In this document: in pieces, positions 22,980-36,906 of the stretch
Layout: each line of letters opens with the position of its first letter
Numbering within the stretch: the stretch's first letter is position 1
Assembly (NCBI GenBank): GCA_030770535.1
Contig: JASVEC010000012.1
Location: 620,001 to 684,000 of the forward strand
Reading direction: 5' to 3'
DNA: 64,000 bases
Source: Batkoa obscura
Taxonomy: Eukaryota
Notes under the pieces: generated by a model
The model's input: the letters and a program-made list of their open reading frames with translations, nothing else
The model's database searches: none
Told to the model about the DNA's origin: nothing
Position numbers and translations under genes: made by a program

Positions 22980-23076
22980 GAGGATGTTTTTTTTGGTTTC
23001 ATCATTTTTTCCATTTTTTAAGCGCTATTTGAGTGGAAAGATTGTTAATAAATTTCTCACATAAAAATACATCCAC
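22980..23076 (-). mobile_element. MITE copy 4
   Basis: GAGGATGTTTTTTTTGGTTTCA...AATACATCCAC; ATAT TSD. Confidence 0.88.
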
Positions 23077-24277
23077 ATATCAACTAATATGTCTTTAATT
23101 TTTATTCACTAATTTAGTAGTGAGTTTTTTTTGAGAAGCCAAACTTGCTAATAAAAAAAGTATTGTTTAATTGATTATTTCTTAAGTTGTGTTAAAACAA
23201 TTCATTTATTCGAAAGCATGATAAATATTTTGACAGGGCGTGTATCACGCAAATGGGTGATAAATTACTTGATATTCTAATAAATGATTTCAAAAAATTA
23301 CAGTAGTGATATACAGTCTAAAACTTCCCCCAGGAATCTAACTCGACGCTCTATAGATTTTCTCTAAACACATTCGGATTTTATTTTATGAAATAAATCC
23401 ACTGCCTGTTTCTAGAGAATTGGTATGTTTAAAAAAATTCACACTATAAACTAGCTAGGGTTTTTGAGTGAATTCTATTAAAAACTAACTCACTTGTAAT
23501 TTACTATCATTCTTTTATCAAGTTAAAGAGAGGATCCTGGTATATCTGAATAAAACCAATCTAAATACATGTCTGTTTTTGAGAACTATTTCTAACTTTA
23601 CAAGAATTTTTCTCATAATTTGACGCCCATAAAATCTCGCCAATTATAATATCATCAAAAGGTTGAATTATCGTATGTTCATAGCTATTTCGATTTACAA
23701 ATTACCTTAGGGTCAGAGTAAGACCCATTTTCACATGTAATTAGAACTCCTTTTACTTGCTTATAATCAATAAAATTATATTTAACTATACAAAATATAT
23801 TACGCTTAAAATTGGGTTACTTTTTAAAATTGCTAATGGTTCAAAATTTCCTGTGTTGGCTGTTATTTTTAATATAAAGGGTATATCAACTTTACTCGAT
23901 AAAAGTGACCTACCCACTTGTTGAGAATGGCTTTAAGCAAATGTTTCCAAATGAACTATTTTTAGTAAAAATTATTATTAGATTAAGATAAAACTCCTTT
24001 TTCAAAGTAGGTTCATGGAAGCTACTAAATAATTATAGATATTATATTAATAAAAATTTAAAACTTAATTTTAAAATTTAAAAAATCAAAGCATCCGAAT
24101 GATATGTAATACTAACTTTAATAAACCAAAGTCAAATCTACTATACTTAATTTGAAGCTTAATTAAAGTTGAAGTCCTCTCAATCTATTTTAAGCAGAAC
24201 CCCAACCTACTTAAACTTTTTATAATTGGCATTCATTTCAATTTGAATGTAAAGAATCACAATATATTATAGATCTT

Positions 24278-25613
24278 TCAAGTCTTATTCTCGGGTTTAC
24301 GATAATGACGCTGACCTTTAAATCGATTATTATTTGAACTACCACCATCTGGTGCAATCTTACCATTCTCCACAAGGAATACTTTACGGGGAGTGCTTGT
24401 TTCTCCTTTGTTTTTAAGGCCCTCCTTAGGCTTAGATCCGTTATTAGGAGTATTATTTGGCTTAGGCGCGTTACTGTAAGTATTACTTAGCTTAGGTCCA
24501 TTATTAGAGGTATTATTTGGTTTTCCTGGCTTTTCTTCATGTTCAGCGGGATTTGGTTTTACAGCCTTTAATATTTGGACTGGCTTATTACCAAATGGCT
24601 CAGATTTCTTTTTTGCAAAATTGGGTTTGCCTTTAAAACGTTCTTTATTCCCTCCTTCTTTATTCCCTTCTTTGTTTTTCTTTGCCGCCTTTTCTTTATT
24701 TGATCCATTTTTTTCTTTGCCATTGCTATTATTCTTGGTCCCGTTCTGACCTTCGTTCTCTTTATTACGATTTTTTTTGCGTGAATCAAACCTAGCAGTT
24801 TTTGATCTCAAGTACTCAATTAATGGAGTCACCTTTTCATCTTTAACTTCTGCTTTATTAGCATATACTTTAACCATTATGACTATTTACCTTGTGAGTT
24901 GGTTTGGCCAGCTTCGTTGGCTTTAGTATCTTCAACTTCGTCTTCATTATTTTCTAGCTTGTTTAAAAATCGAATGTATTCCGGATCTTAAATATTGGCT
25001 TTAAATGTACAGTTAAAGTTATACAAAGTTTATTACCCGTTTCAATGGTGCCAACTTTATTATCTTCTCGAATGTTTTTTGGAGCTTTTTGATTTAGAGC
25101 ATAATCGACTAAAGCAATGCTTTCAGTACCTAAAGTAATGAATAAGAAAAGCGCAGTTTTGTAAAGAAAACTGTTTACCTTTACTATCGATAAATTTATG
25201 ACCGTTGTAAGATTTATAAAATTCAATCAAGAATTCTATAGCATTAAACTTTATATAAGCTCTTGAGCTAGTATTCTTTTTGTTGAAACTTAAAACACAA
25301 TTAAAATCAAATCTATATATCTATATGAAACTTACTTTTGATATACCTTCCCTGGGAAATATTTAAAATAACTGATTCTTTCTTCAGTATACCATTCCTT
25401 GATACTTTGCTCGAAAATTGCTTGTGGTAAAGTTGGAGGTAAGTGACGAACAACCAATTTTAATTTTAAGCTTTCTGTACCCTCTAATTCTTTGTCTAAA
25501 TTAATATCTCGAAACACCTTTTCTCTTTTTCCTTTTTTGCCTCTTGGCTTCTTCCTTGGCTTAGCGCCATTCCCACCCAAGTTCCCCTTATTTACTGGTT
25601 TAGGTTCATTCAT
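24278..25613 (-). CDS. UPF3: Nonsense-mediated decay factor Upf3 (Smg4/UPF3 RRM); multi-exon
   Basis: LKLVVRHLPPTL...YFKYFPGKV|...SRAYIKF...IALVDYALNQKAPK...DNKVGTIE...DPEYIRFL...VTPLIEYLR, followed by a Lys/Asn-rich tail. Confidence 0.88.
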
Positions 25614-25989
25614 TGAAAAAAGAAAACTCGTTTTTTGGGACTAAAAAGGATTTGAAATTAATTGCCAATTAAAAAGGAAATTCTATATGAATATTTTTAG
25701 CAATTGGAAATCGCTGTAGCAGAGTTTATAGTATGCTATATAATGTATCTCAATAAATGATCAAATATTGACAAAGTAAGCAAATGTACTTGACACTAAA
25801 AATTCAATTTACTACAACTTTAATTCTAACTATCAATATATATAAAGCTTAGTCTGGTATTTTAAAGATAGATTTATAAATTATATCACGCAGTAAAATA
25901 AAAAGTTAGTCAACTATGTATAATTACAAGTTTAAAGCCACCAAAAAAACTCAAAATTAAAGCTTGTTTTTTTATTAAATCGTTCAATA

Positions 25990-28214
25990 ATGAAAAAAGC
26001 TAAAGGAATTATATTAAAGCCACCAAAAGTGCCAAATCAGATTAACGAAAAGTTACCCAACGTCTTGTTTGCTTACATCTTTTCATTTTTAAGTCCAAAG
26101 GAATTGGTAAGCCTCTTTTTCAACAACTGAAACATAATTTAATTTAAGGTTTAGAGCGTAGCAACCCAAGTGTGTAAGTTTTGGAACCAACTGATGGAAG
26201 ATGATTATGTATGGCAAGTAGCTTTTATTAAAAACTTTGGAAGTTTACCAATATAGTAATTCCTTTTGGTATTAAATTTTTTGAAATAACTGGTTATTAG
26301 TAGAGTTGCAGGAACATGGAAACATGAGTTTATTAAAAGGGTTAAAATGATTAGGTAATTGAAATGAAATTAATGGTAACAATAATTAAGAATTTGATAG
26401 AAATTTGGAATATGATCGCTGTGCAGCGGACAGGATTGGAAGTAGGATGGATTTTATAACTAACTTGGAGTTGATCCCAACCGAAGTCGAGCCAAAGTTT
26501 ATACTAGTTGGTAACCAATCTGAGGGTAAATCAAATAACAAATTTAGACTACTGTTTTTTTGTTTATAAATCAATTAGGCATAAGTAGCTTGATAGACAT
26601 AAAAACTGGTAAATTTATCAAGCAGTTGACTTTTGGTTCGAATAGGAGAATAACTACTTGTTTAAACTTAGTAAAGTAAGTTCATTTTTAAAAGAAATTA
26701 CATATGTTGAATTTTTAGAGATATCATAATGCTAGGTTATGAATCTGGAGAAGTGGCCTTCAACTTTTATGAGAGCGGCAACACCAATCTATTTCCATTA
26801 GTTGGCTCCCATGTGTCTGCTGTTACTATATTAACACCTTACAGCAAAGAAACTGAAATAATTCTACTAAGTGGTTCTATCGATGGCTCAATTATAAAAT
26901 GGGACTTAACAACAAAAACAAAGTTGTGTAACTTAAATGGTATATTTTATTGTGTTATATTTGTTATAATAAAAATTTAATATCTGCAGGACTTAAAAAT
27001 AACATCGTTGGCTTACTACAGAGTGGAAAGTATACCATAGCATTAGATAACCTCAACCAGATTTATTTATGGCACCATACAGAACCAGTACAAAACCTTC
27101 TCCCTTATCATAGGATCACCTTGGACACTCCTGTGATAGGGATCAAGATCTTTGATGAAGAAACTTTGCTAATATGTACAGCAAATCAACTCATTAAATT
27201 AAATATGGTATCGTTAAGTACGATAAGATATGAATTCCAATTTAGAGCTGTTTGTTGCAATACAAATAGTTTATTTCCAGACTTACTGGCTATTGGAAGA
27301 GGAGATAATGGGGTTACTATGTTTAACATAGTAGATATGGAAGAATCAAGGTAGATATTAAAGTTCCAAGTTTGAGCTTGCTTTTTTAACATTATAATAG
27401 AACATATAAACCAAGGCATAGTCGAGGTGTACCTTCTGTTACTAGTTTAAATGCTGTACTATTCGACGCGGTTAAAATTATTGGGTTTGAGTAAGACAAT
27501 TGAAGTATAAGAGATAAAACTAAATTTTATATAAAGTGGAAGTTCAGCTTTAATGTACATTTGGGATATTACATCAAAGAGGCTAATTCGTAAAATCAAA
27601 CTATGGTAATTTACTTTATTTTAATAGTGATGTAGATGGTTTACTTATAGTTCGAAATAGGAATTTTATAAACAAACGATACCACCCCCTAGATTTTGTT
27701 AACTACAATGTGACAATTATAAAATTATACTTAACCAAAGTCATTTTTGCTATCCATGGAAACATTTTTATTTTGCATTTTGGAAATCACTTGAGTAAGT
27801 TATTTATATCATTATAAGCTTAAATTTTTATTTTATTTTAGCTCAATTATCAGCTAATAGATCAAAGCCGCTATCTAAAGCGGGACCAAAAGGTAGTACC
27901 ATTTTACTCGCTTTTATTAATAAATTTATCTCTTGTTCCTAGGTTCTACTCATTACGATATCAAAGAGTCTATAAGAGATCATAGAAAAGATAAGCAATA
28001 CCAAGACATGGTTTATGATCAAGTCAAAAAATTGCAAGATCTTCCATTATCAGAAGAAGAGATGTTAGAATACGCTTTATTTTTATCAAGTCAAAACTCC
28101 CCCAGTGTAATGCCAAACAACTCAAACTTAGAACAAGAGTTTGAAGCTTTAGCTTTAAGTGAAGAAGAAGCTTTAAAATTGGCAATTTTAATGTCTCAAG
28201 AGGACGTCAATTAG
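25990..28214 (+). CDS. F-box/WD40 protein with two C-terminal UIM-like motifs; many exons
   Basis: F-box LPNVLFAYIFSFLSPKEL|SVATQVCKFWNQLMEDDYVW; WD repeats (SHVSAVT...LLSGSIDGSIIKWDL); UIMs LSEEEMLEYALFLS and LSEEEALKLAILMS. Confidence 0.8.
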
Positions 28215-28395
28215 ATTAAAAGTCAATTTTATAAATTAGTTATTTTTATAGCATGATTGGATTTTTATTCCAAATTTATTAAATAATAAAAAGTTAATGA
28301 TTTTGTGTAAATTTAATGATAAAAAAGATTAGCTAGTTAGATATTTCTCAAGTTAAAGTGGATTTTACAAACACCGCGTTCGCTTAAAAACTTCT

Positions 28396-28435
28396 TTACT
28401 ATTTACTATTTACTATTTACTATTTACTATTTACT
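28396..28435 (+). repeat. (TTTACTA)n microsatellite
   Basis: About 5 tandem heptamers abutting the ABCG stop codon. Confidence 0.85.
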
Positions 28436-31400
28436 GCATCTTTTCCCTATTCGCCAACTTAAATGCCAAAAAGGCAAATAATTGCCATATAAACCCAATG
28501 ACTAACACTATTAGCAGATTACCAGCATAGCTATCCCCACTATATCCAAACCACCTCTGTCCAATTTTTTCTGGATCCATATACCCTTTTGCTTCTGTTT
28601 CTACTATATAGAAGGCAGCGATTGCCCATCGAGGTGCTGAAAAATTGAATAACCAAAAGATATTTGGACCCCACTCAGTTTGCACTTGTCGTAAAGTAGG
28701 TTGTACTCCTGAAAAAGCAATGGCCCAAAACAGTGCTACGACTACACCTACCAAGGATGCTTTTTCCTTACGTACCAAAGCGGAAATAAAGTATCCCGTT
28801 GAAAATCCCCAATAATATAAAGCAGTTACAATCCAAAGCAACTGTGAAAAATCACTTGAGTTGGGGTACACTGCAATTAGTGAACATGTAAACATTAAAG
28901 AAGCAATGAGTATTCTAGGTATATCGGAAAGTGATTTTGCTATAAAATAAGGAAAGGTAGGTATCCCCGAGGAGGCTTCTCTCCAGTACACTGTACGCTC
29001 ATTACCGAATGTCCCTGATCCAACAGAAATACCAGCAAATCCAATACCCCATGAAAGAAAAGTACCAATGTGAGCAGCTTGGTCAATAACCGGACGCTTA
29101 CATTTTGGAAGTAACATTAGAGCAGTGACATTGCAAATGACATCTGGTAAAGGACCTAAAAAGACTGAATTTTGAGCAGCAATAGAAATAAATAAACCAC
29201 ATCCAAAATGCAGTAACTGATCCGAAACGAAGCCAAGAGGAGGTCGGAATATTTGTATAAAAGCTCTGTTTAAACACAGTATAAACACTTTGAAAAATCC
29301 TGGAGTGTTTCTTACTGGATCTTTTGCCCCGTTTTTAAGTACTTGATAAAAGGATAGTATAGTTTCAATCAACTCTGTTAAAACGGAAGTTATCCAACTT
29401 AAAATATCCAAAAACAGTAGAGCCAAATACTGTAATACTGGAGAAATGATATTTGTCAAAAACAACCTCCATCCCGGTTCACAAGTCGATCGCATACATG
29501 TAACTTCTTTATCTTTCCCGTTTGTATCATTGAAATAAGACTCATTAATATTAACTAAACCATCCTCACTCGAAATAGATGATCCTAACGGCGAAAATAA
29601 TGCTTCATAGCTTTCTCCGTAGTTATTCGAAAGTTTTTGATTCATTTCTATTATTTTTTTTATGGTAAAAGGCACTCCTTCATTTACACTTTGCTCATAA
29701 TCTTCCCATAGAGTATAAAGATCTGTTATTGAAAAATCAGCAATTTTAGAATTTATTATCTTTCCTGTAGCTACATCCATATAATAATCAGACGGAGAGG
29801 AATAAGGAGGACAAGTGAAACCTATTGAATCAAAATAATCTACTGCATCTATAATAGTTCCATGATAAATAACTCTTCCACCTTTACCTAAAAGTAATAA
29901 ATCATCAAACTCATTAAACGCAATAGGTGAAGGAGAGTGAATAACTGCAGCAATAGTCAAGCCCTTATCCCTAGCTATATTTTTTAATAGGGAACATACT
30001 TCAACCGAAGTGGAAGAATCAAGCCCAGAAGTAGGCTCATCCAAAAATAAAATGGCAGGGTCAGCTACCAACTCCATTCCAATATTTACTCTCTTTCTTT
30101 GACCGCCTGATATTCCTCTATCTTCCTCGTCACCAATAATCGTATGCATAACATGCCTTAATCCCAAATATTCAATGTATTCCAATACTTTATTATGTTT
30201 TTCCTCATCACTTAATTCTGCTGGTAGACGTACCATAGCTGAATGTGTAAGGATCTCTTCTGCGTTCAATTTACGTAACATTACATCTTCTTGAGGTACA
30301 AATCCAATAAGCTTACGATAAGCAGCTAAACTCTTTTCTTCTCCATTTATAAATATTTTGCCCTCTGTTTTTTTGGCCTTTCCAGTGAGTAAAGAAATAA
30401 ACGTTGTTTTACCAGCACCTGATGGACCCATAATGGCACATGTCCTTCCAGAGCTTAATTTTCCAGTTACCCCCTAAAATTAAAGTTATGAAATAATAAA
30501 CAAATATAATAAAAACTACCTTCATAATTTCGACCCCATTAGGAAGCTTTAGTCCCAAATTTTCGAAATTAATTTCAAATCGAACCGAGCCCTTTTCTTT
30601 TGCTACCTTCAAACCCGGAGAATTTTGAAACGCTTGCATGCCTTTTGAATTTTTACTAATATTTTCAAACTTCCTATCATACTCTAATCGTTTAAACTTT
30701 AACTGCCTCTCTTTTAACGAATATCCGATCCAAACGACCACTAAGAAAAAGATAAAAAAGATAAAGATTTCATATTTCCTAATTGTTTTTGATCCTTCTG
30801 GGCATTTACCAAAGTAACATTTACGTTTCTCGATGGAACCTTCTTGGCAAAAATGGCCTTTTGGACATAATTTGATCTCTTTGGGGGTTGGACAATAATA
30901 TCCGCCACAACAAAAGGAGGGTTGAAAAGTATCAGCTGGGCAATAAAATCCTTTTGTACATTTTTGTACAAAATTAGGTGCCATGCAAAAATGTCCCGCT
31001 GGACATGACCATTGTTTTACCCTAGTGCAAAAGCAATTACTATTTATATGAGGCGATGTACCTTCACATCTTTCAACGATTATCACATCAGAAAGTGATA
31101 CTCCGGATAACATGGCAGCTGAGGAATCAGAGTCTGGACCTAGTTCTGGGTCTACATTTGTATCATCGTTCTGTACAATATACAAACCCTCTAAATCATT
31201 TTGGCTGATAGGTGTATTGAACAATACTTGACCTTGAGCTTTCAAATCTACTTTGATTTCTGACCTATCCCTCTCCAACCCTCCTTCCTCTTCTTCAATT
31301 TCACTATAGGCTTCATTGACCGCAACTGCTACTTCATCAATCATCTTTTTATATCTTTTCCAAGGCGCTAAAATGTATTGGTCTTTTAAATCTCCCGCTT

Positions 31401-32574
31401 TTTTATGTAGGGAACTATTGGTGAATAGATATTTTAATTCTTCAATTAAATCTTCATCAGCATCTTGATCTGAATCTCCAGAATCCTCCTCTTCACTTAA
31501 ACTTGTGCCATCATTTACTTCCTTATTAACAAAATTTGCACTATGCTCTGGTTTTGATGTTTTTGAATGTGAACTATGTAAGTTTTTGAACTTTTTCAAA
31601 AGATTTTCTAAATCATCTTTTTTTGGCATTTGTGTTTCTGTTGTTATTTTCTTCGAATTTGTTTCCAATCCAGAGTCGTCGTCTATCAAATCAGATCCAT
31701 CGCCACTGTTTTTAACCATAGGATCTTCTACGTAATCTTCATTTTTACTTCCCATGCTATTTTTAGCTTTAGTATCTTCGTTTTTATTGATATTATTTGG
31801 ATCTTTATCATCTAAGTCTAATTTTTTAACCTTTTCTTCTAACTTTTTAAAAAGTAAGGAACTGAGTTGCTCATTACTCAGGTCTTCTAGTTTCTTATCA
31901 TTAGGTTCGATTTCATCTTCGTTTAAAACTGATTTTGCCATATTAAATAAATTTTTGAGGCTGAAGTCTTCTTGATCTTTCTTATTTTTATCTTCTTCGC
32001 CGTCATCTAAAATTGACTTAGCTACATTAAACAGGCTTTTTAAATAAAGATCTCCCTTATCTTTCCTTTTGTTATCTTCACTATCATCCAAAACTAATTT
32101 TGCCATATCGACTAAATTCTTTAGCTTAAAATCCTCCTTTTTATCTTTATCATCCTCGCTTTCATCAAACAGTGACTTTGCTTTATCAAATAAATCTTTT
32201 AATTTAAAATCTTCCTGGCTTTCATTATCTCCCTTTTTTTCCTCTTTTTGCTCTTCAAGGATTTTTTTCTTGATATCTTGAACTTTTTTATTTTTAAATA
32301 AATCTGAAAACAATTCTTTAAACTCGTCTACAAGGTCAATATCTTCATCTTCCTCCGATTCTTCACTGTTTGAATTTAAACTATTTCCACTATTACTTTG
32401 AACCTTATTGTTAGATCTTGGCACTATCATCTTTGGAGCCTCTTCCTTATTTTTTTCCTTTATACTATTTATTGAAACATCCTTATTAATATCATCTTGA
32501 TTTAAGCTCGCATATATTCCAAATAAATTGAGCAATAATAAATAGATAATTAGTAACGTAGTTACAACCTTCAT
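28431..32574 (-). CDS. Half-size ABCG transporter with signal peptide and large acidic plus Cys-rich ectodomain (ADP1/ABCG24-28-like architecture)
   Basis: One intron (~30476-30519) joins the 733-aa and 666-aa ORFs (GVEIMK|GVTGKLSSGRTCAIMGPSGAGKT). Walker A GPSGAGKT, signature ISGGQRKR, Walker B LFLDEPTSGLD, C-terminal TMD; CPAGHFC/CTKGFYC/CPKGHFC repeats precede a TM helix. Confidence 0.92.
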
Positions 32575-33182
32575 TCTAATACTTTTAGCTTTAAAAAAGC
32601 TCACTTGCAATTTGTACAGTTGATTAGTATTAAAAAGTGTTATCTTAACTGAAATTAAAAATGCTATTTATGACAATGTTGAAACTTACTATTGGTTTAA
32701 ATTTGCTCTGTTTAATTGATTGAGCGATGGAGGGTAGGTGAAGCGCCTTTTTTAGTAATTGTAAATAAATGAAATATGTTTGTTATCATATTAACTATTG
32801 TCTACTTTTTAATTGAATCAGTTTAATAATTATTATAAGATTATATAAATGCTTGTTATTTAAATTTCATAGTTTATACTTAAATATTAATAAAGCCTAT
32901 AAACATTTAGTACGATTTACTATGTATACTTTCTAATTAACCATGGTGTTTGCGATTATACAAATAGAAATTAAGTATAGTAAGCATTGTTATATTTATG
33001 TAAAATATTTATTCAAAATAATAAAACATTAAAGAAAATACATTAAAATATCCAAATTACAAAATGTTTAATTCTAGAATTATCTTTAAACATTTATAAC
33101 ACAAACTTAATTTTAAGGGAGGTAAAGCATACTATTAACTTTGTTTTAGTTCATTTTTTCTATCTCCATTCTTTAACTCTTA

Positions 33183-34509
33183 TTAAACTTTAAAAGTAAA
33201 ATAATCATTATCAAATTGATGAAGTCGAACGTAACCATCTTCTCCTCCACTGGCAAATCTAAATAACGATTAAGCTTTAATATCATTTTGATACTATTCA
33301 AATGCATAATTACCCTTTTCCTGTAGGTTGGGCAGCAATGGTATTGATAGGTCCAAAATGGCCTTTAAGTCTACCCATTTCTTCGCTATAAATTTTATGG
33401 TAGAATCGGCACTCAAATTTACCGGCTCTAGCAGAAGTGGTAGTTACATCCATAGCTTCTTGACCACCACCAACAATCACCTAAGACAATAGTGTTATTT
33501 TATTAATTCAACTCCTACTTTTGATCTATACTTACAAAATCTTGAATTGGAGTAATAGAGGCGGAATTGAGTGGAGTGTCTGTAGTATAACTTTTTAGCA
33601 TCTTTAAAGTAGATGTTTCAAAGACCTAATATTTATTAATACTAGTTGTTAAAAAATTTAATATCTTCTTACTTTAGCTTCTTTATCTTTTGAACTTGTA
33701 ATAAAATAAGACTTATCTTCTGACATTTGAATATCAGTGATTTGTTCTTCATGTGGTTTAATTGAGTTTAACACTTTTCCAGTCTAACAACTATTAACCT
33801 TAATTTTTTAAAACAAAGAATAATTTACCTCCCAATCAACTAAAGAAACGCTGCCATCCAAATGTCCTACTACAAGATTTTTATCGAACCAAGCCCAAGT
33901 GGCTACTGTAATCTTTTTAGAATCTTTTTCATTTTTAATTACATTAATTGGTACAGGTGAGGCTAAACAAAAGCGTTTAGAATTTAAATAAGTTAAAATT
34001 GATAATCAATTACTATTTTGAGGATTTTCAAAATCTAACTTATAGATTGAAACACCACCTGGGAAACCCATTCTTTGTTCAGTAACAAAGAGTACTTTAT
34101 CTTGTGAACAAGAAAACTCACATCTTTTGACTGCTGTCTTTTCATTCCAAGTATAAAGACACTTCCCATCGCTCACTTTCCAAAGTTTGGCTGTATTGTC
34201 TCCAGAACCTGTAATACAGTAGGTAGTGTCATCTAATCAATTTAATATTGTATTAAATATATCAATTTTTGTATTACTTGTCACATCAATAGTGTATATA
34301 GAACCATTATGTCCATTATAAGTTCCGAGCCTTTCTCCGTTGTGTGCATACCACACATTGGCTACTTTGTCCTTAGCGACGGTAAAGAGTAAATCGCCCT
34401 CTCTATTGTATTTGATTTGTGTAAGTGGACGGGTATGCCCTTGTAAAAGAATAGGTCTCTAAATTCATGGTTTAATTATATATTTGTTGTCTATTTGTTA
34501 AATTACCAT
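33183..34509 (-). CDS. TIF34: Translation initiation factor eIF3 subunit i (WD40); about 8 exons, not in the ORF track
   Basis: [53 protein letters not shown]...[12 protein letters not shown]...[10 protein letters not shown]...[19 protein letters not shown]. Confidence 0.95.
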
Positions 34510-35027
34510 TTTAACTTAAAAAAAGCTTCTGAATGTTCTTATTATTTTACTAGTAAATAGAAGTTTGGATTTAAATTTGCGTCTAAAATCATTTTGAAAT
34601 ATGGGATAATTTGGAAGCCAACTTTATATTTGACTTTTGCTAATAAATCATGCTAAAAGAGTTTAACAATATTAAGAAAAGGTTGTTTTATCTTTTATAT
34701 ATCACTATAGGCCGATGATATGTATTAAAATATTCTTACGACCCAGTTGTTTTAAAACAAAATTATTAAATAAATTTACAGCAGTTTAGTTTTTTTCTTA
34801 ATTGAAATGTCTATTGCTCTTAAATAGTGTGTTTTATACAATTAATGCTTTGTAAAATTAAAATTACTTCTAACTTCAATATCTATTTCTTATGCTATTA
34901 ATCTTCATGTATTAAGAGTTTCGTTTTATGATGTTTTTCTTATTAAGCATATAATTTTATGGACTGGGTTTGCGCAATTAACTTAAATACTCAGTTTCAA
35001 ATTTTAATCAAAAACTAATTTTTGAAA

Positions 35028-35730
35028 ATGAAAATATTGAAAACATTGAATTATTTTAAAAATGAATTTATAATAAGCAACAAACAAACAAATGCATCAT
35101 TTAGGAAGATACATCAAATGAAGTATAGGTAAAATCAAGATACTGTAGTTTTTACTTATCTAATCATCTCAATAGTCATTTAAAGCAAAAGAGCCAACAT
35201 TCTACAAAAGATCTTCAACTTTTAGATAAAGTTAAACAAAGTTTACGCTTAGTAACAAATCCAGGTAAGCATAAATTAAATTTATAAATTTTATCTGATT
35301 TTTGCTTCTAGTAAACGTTATAACTACTCAATCCCAATCTAAAACAATATCTGGGATAACCGTAAATTCGGTAACCTCATTATCTATGGATCCAATACTA
35401 CTGACTTTTAATGTAAAACTACCTTCCCATTTTTCAGCTCAACTTCACCAAACTCGATACTGTGCTATAAACACTCTAACAACAAACCAAAAATTAATTG
35501 CTCAGTTTTTTTCAAAACCAGGCCATGGTGAGTTTGATGATAGTCAGAATCATTTTTCTTGGCTTGGTAGTATCCCTTATTTAAATAAGTCTTTAGCTAC
35601 CTTTTTATGTAAAGTAAAGCATGTCTTCCCAGTGGCTGATCATGAGGTTTGGGTTGTCCAAGTTATTGAAGTTGCTTCAGGCGATAACCAGGATACAGGT
35701 TTATTATATAGAGATCAAAAGTATATTTAA
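35028..35730 (+). CDS. Flavin reductase-like protein (possible mitochondrial presequence); 3 exons
   Basis: VNVITT...GITVNSVTSLSMDPILLTFNV...ADHEVWVVQV...LLYRDQKY, the Flavin_Reduct pattern; upstream exons join in frame. Confidence 0.85.
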
Positions 35731-35892
35731 ATAAATAGTTTTTAATGTTAAATTTACAATACCATTTTATAATATTCTAGAGTAAACAAAAAACTAACCA
35801 AATTTTAAAACTGTATTAAAAAATTAATTTAGATTAATATTTAAGATTTATATTTAATTGTTAAGCATAATAATAGTAATATGTATTAAATA

Positions 35893-36906
35893 TTACTTAA
35901 AAAAATGGGCAATGAAGTTACTCAATAATGCATATATACCTATTCCAAATATTAAAAACGAAAAATCATCAAAGAATAGGTTAACCGCGCCATAATAATA
36001 TTTGAACAAGTTTTTCAGCCTCTGAATAATTCCAAGGTAGCCATTTTGTTGAAACATATCTAGGTTGTCTTGTTTCTATTATAATTTAGCGTCAATTGAT
36101 TTGTCCTTTAAATTTGATAATTACCTTATAATTCAAATAGAACGATATTTGCTTTAGAATTAATATCAACAATACAAGGTGAAAAGGAAACTAAACGTGT
36201 TAATTAAATTTACCAAATAAAAAAATGACTTACAATTTGGCCGATATAAGGTACTTCAATGTATAAAGCCTCTGTTCTACTTAAAAGTTCAATCTCCAAC
36301 CTTTCATTATTTTTAACTTGAACAGTAAATAAGGAATAGAAGAGAAAAATTAACAGCCCAAAAATAGGTACCAATATGTTCACTACCCCAAGCCAGTTGT
36401 CTCTAAGGATACTGGCCAAATATTGCTTATCCTCATCTGATACATCATTCAATATTGAAAACTTCATTGATTCCATTTGATCTTTAAGATAATTGGACAT
36501 TTCTTCTTTTTCATCAAGCTTTGAAGTTGAAATAGAAACATCCCTTTCTAAATCATCCTTCTCTACCTTTGTTTTTGTCGCTGTTATTGTTTCTGCATCT
36601 TTTTTTAATTCTTCAGCTATTATTGTTCATTATTTTCTTGATTTGTTTCATTTATAAAAAAATACCTTTATCTTCAATTTCTTCTGAAATACTACTGTGA
36701 CTTTCTTTGACTTCATTTTGAGCTGGTTTACTGATATCCCCTGGTTTATCAGAAAAGGAAGAATAAACTCCCATTATTTTATCTATTCTACTTTTACCAG
36801 TATCAAGAATCTTTTTATTACGGGCTTCCCTCCTTTTTCTTAACCTTTCAGCATTACTTAAACCTGGTTGATCTCCACCAGCATTCTCAGTGGATATTGT
36901 ACTCAT
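35893..36906 (-). CDS. GET2/CAML-like tail-anchored protein insertion receptor
   Basis: N-terminal basic helix AERLRKRREARNKKILDTGKSRIDKIMG and three C-terminal hydrophobic segments (ending ...LFFDDFSFLIFGIGIYALLSNF). Confidence 0.65.
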
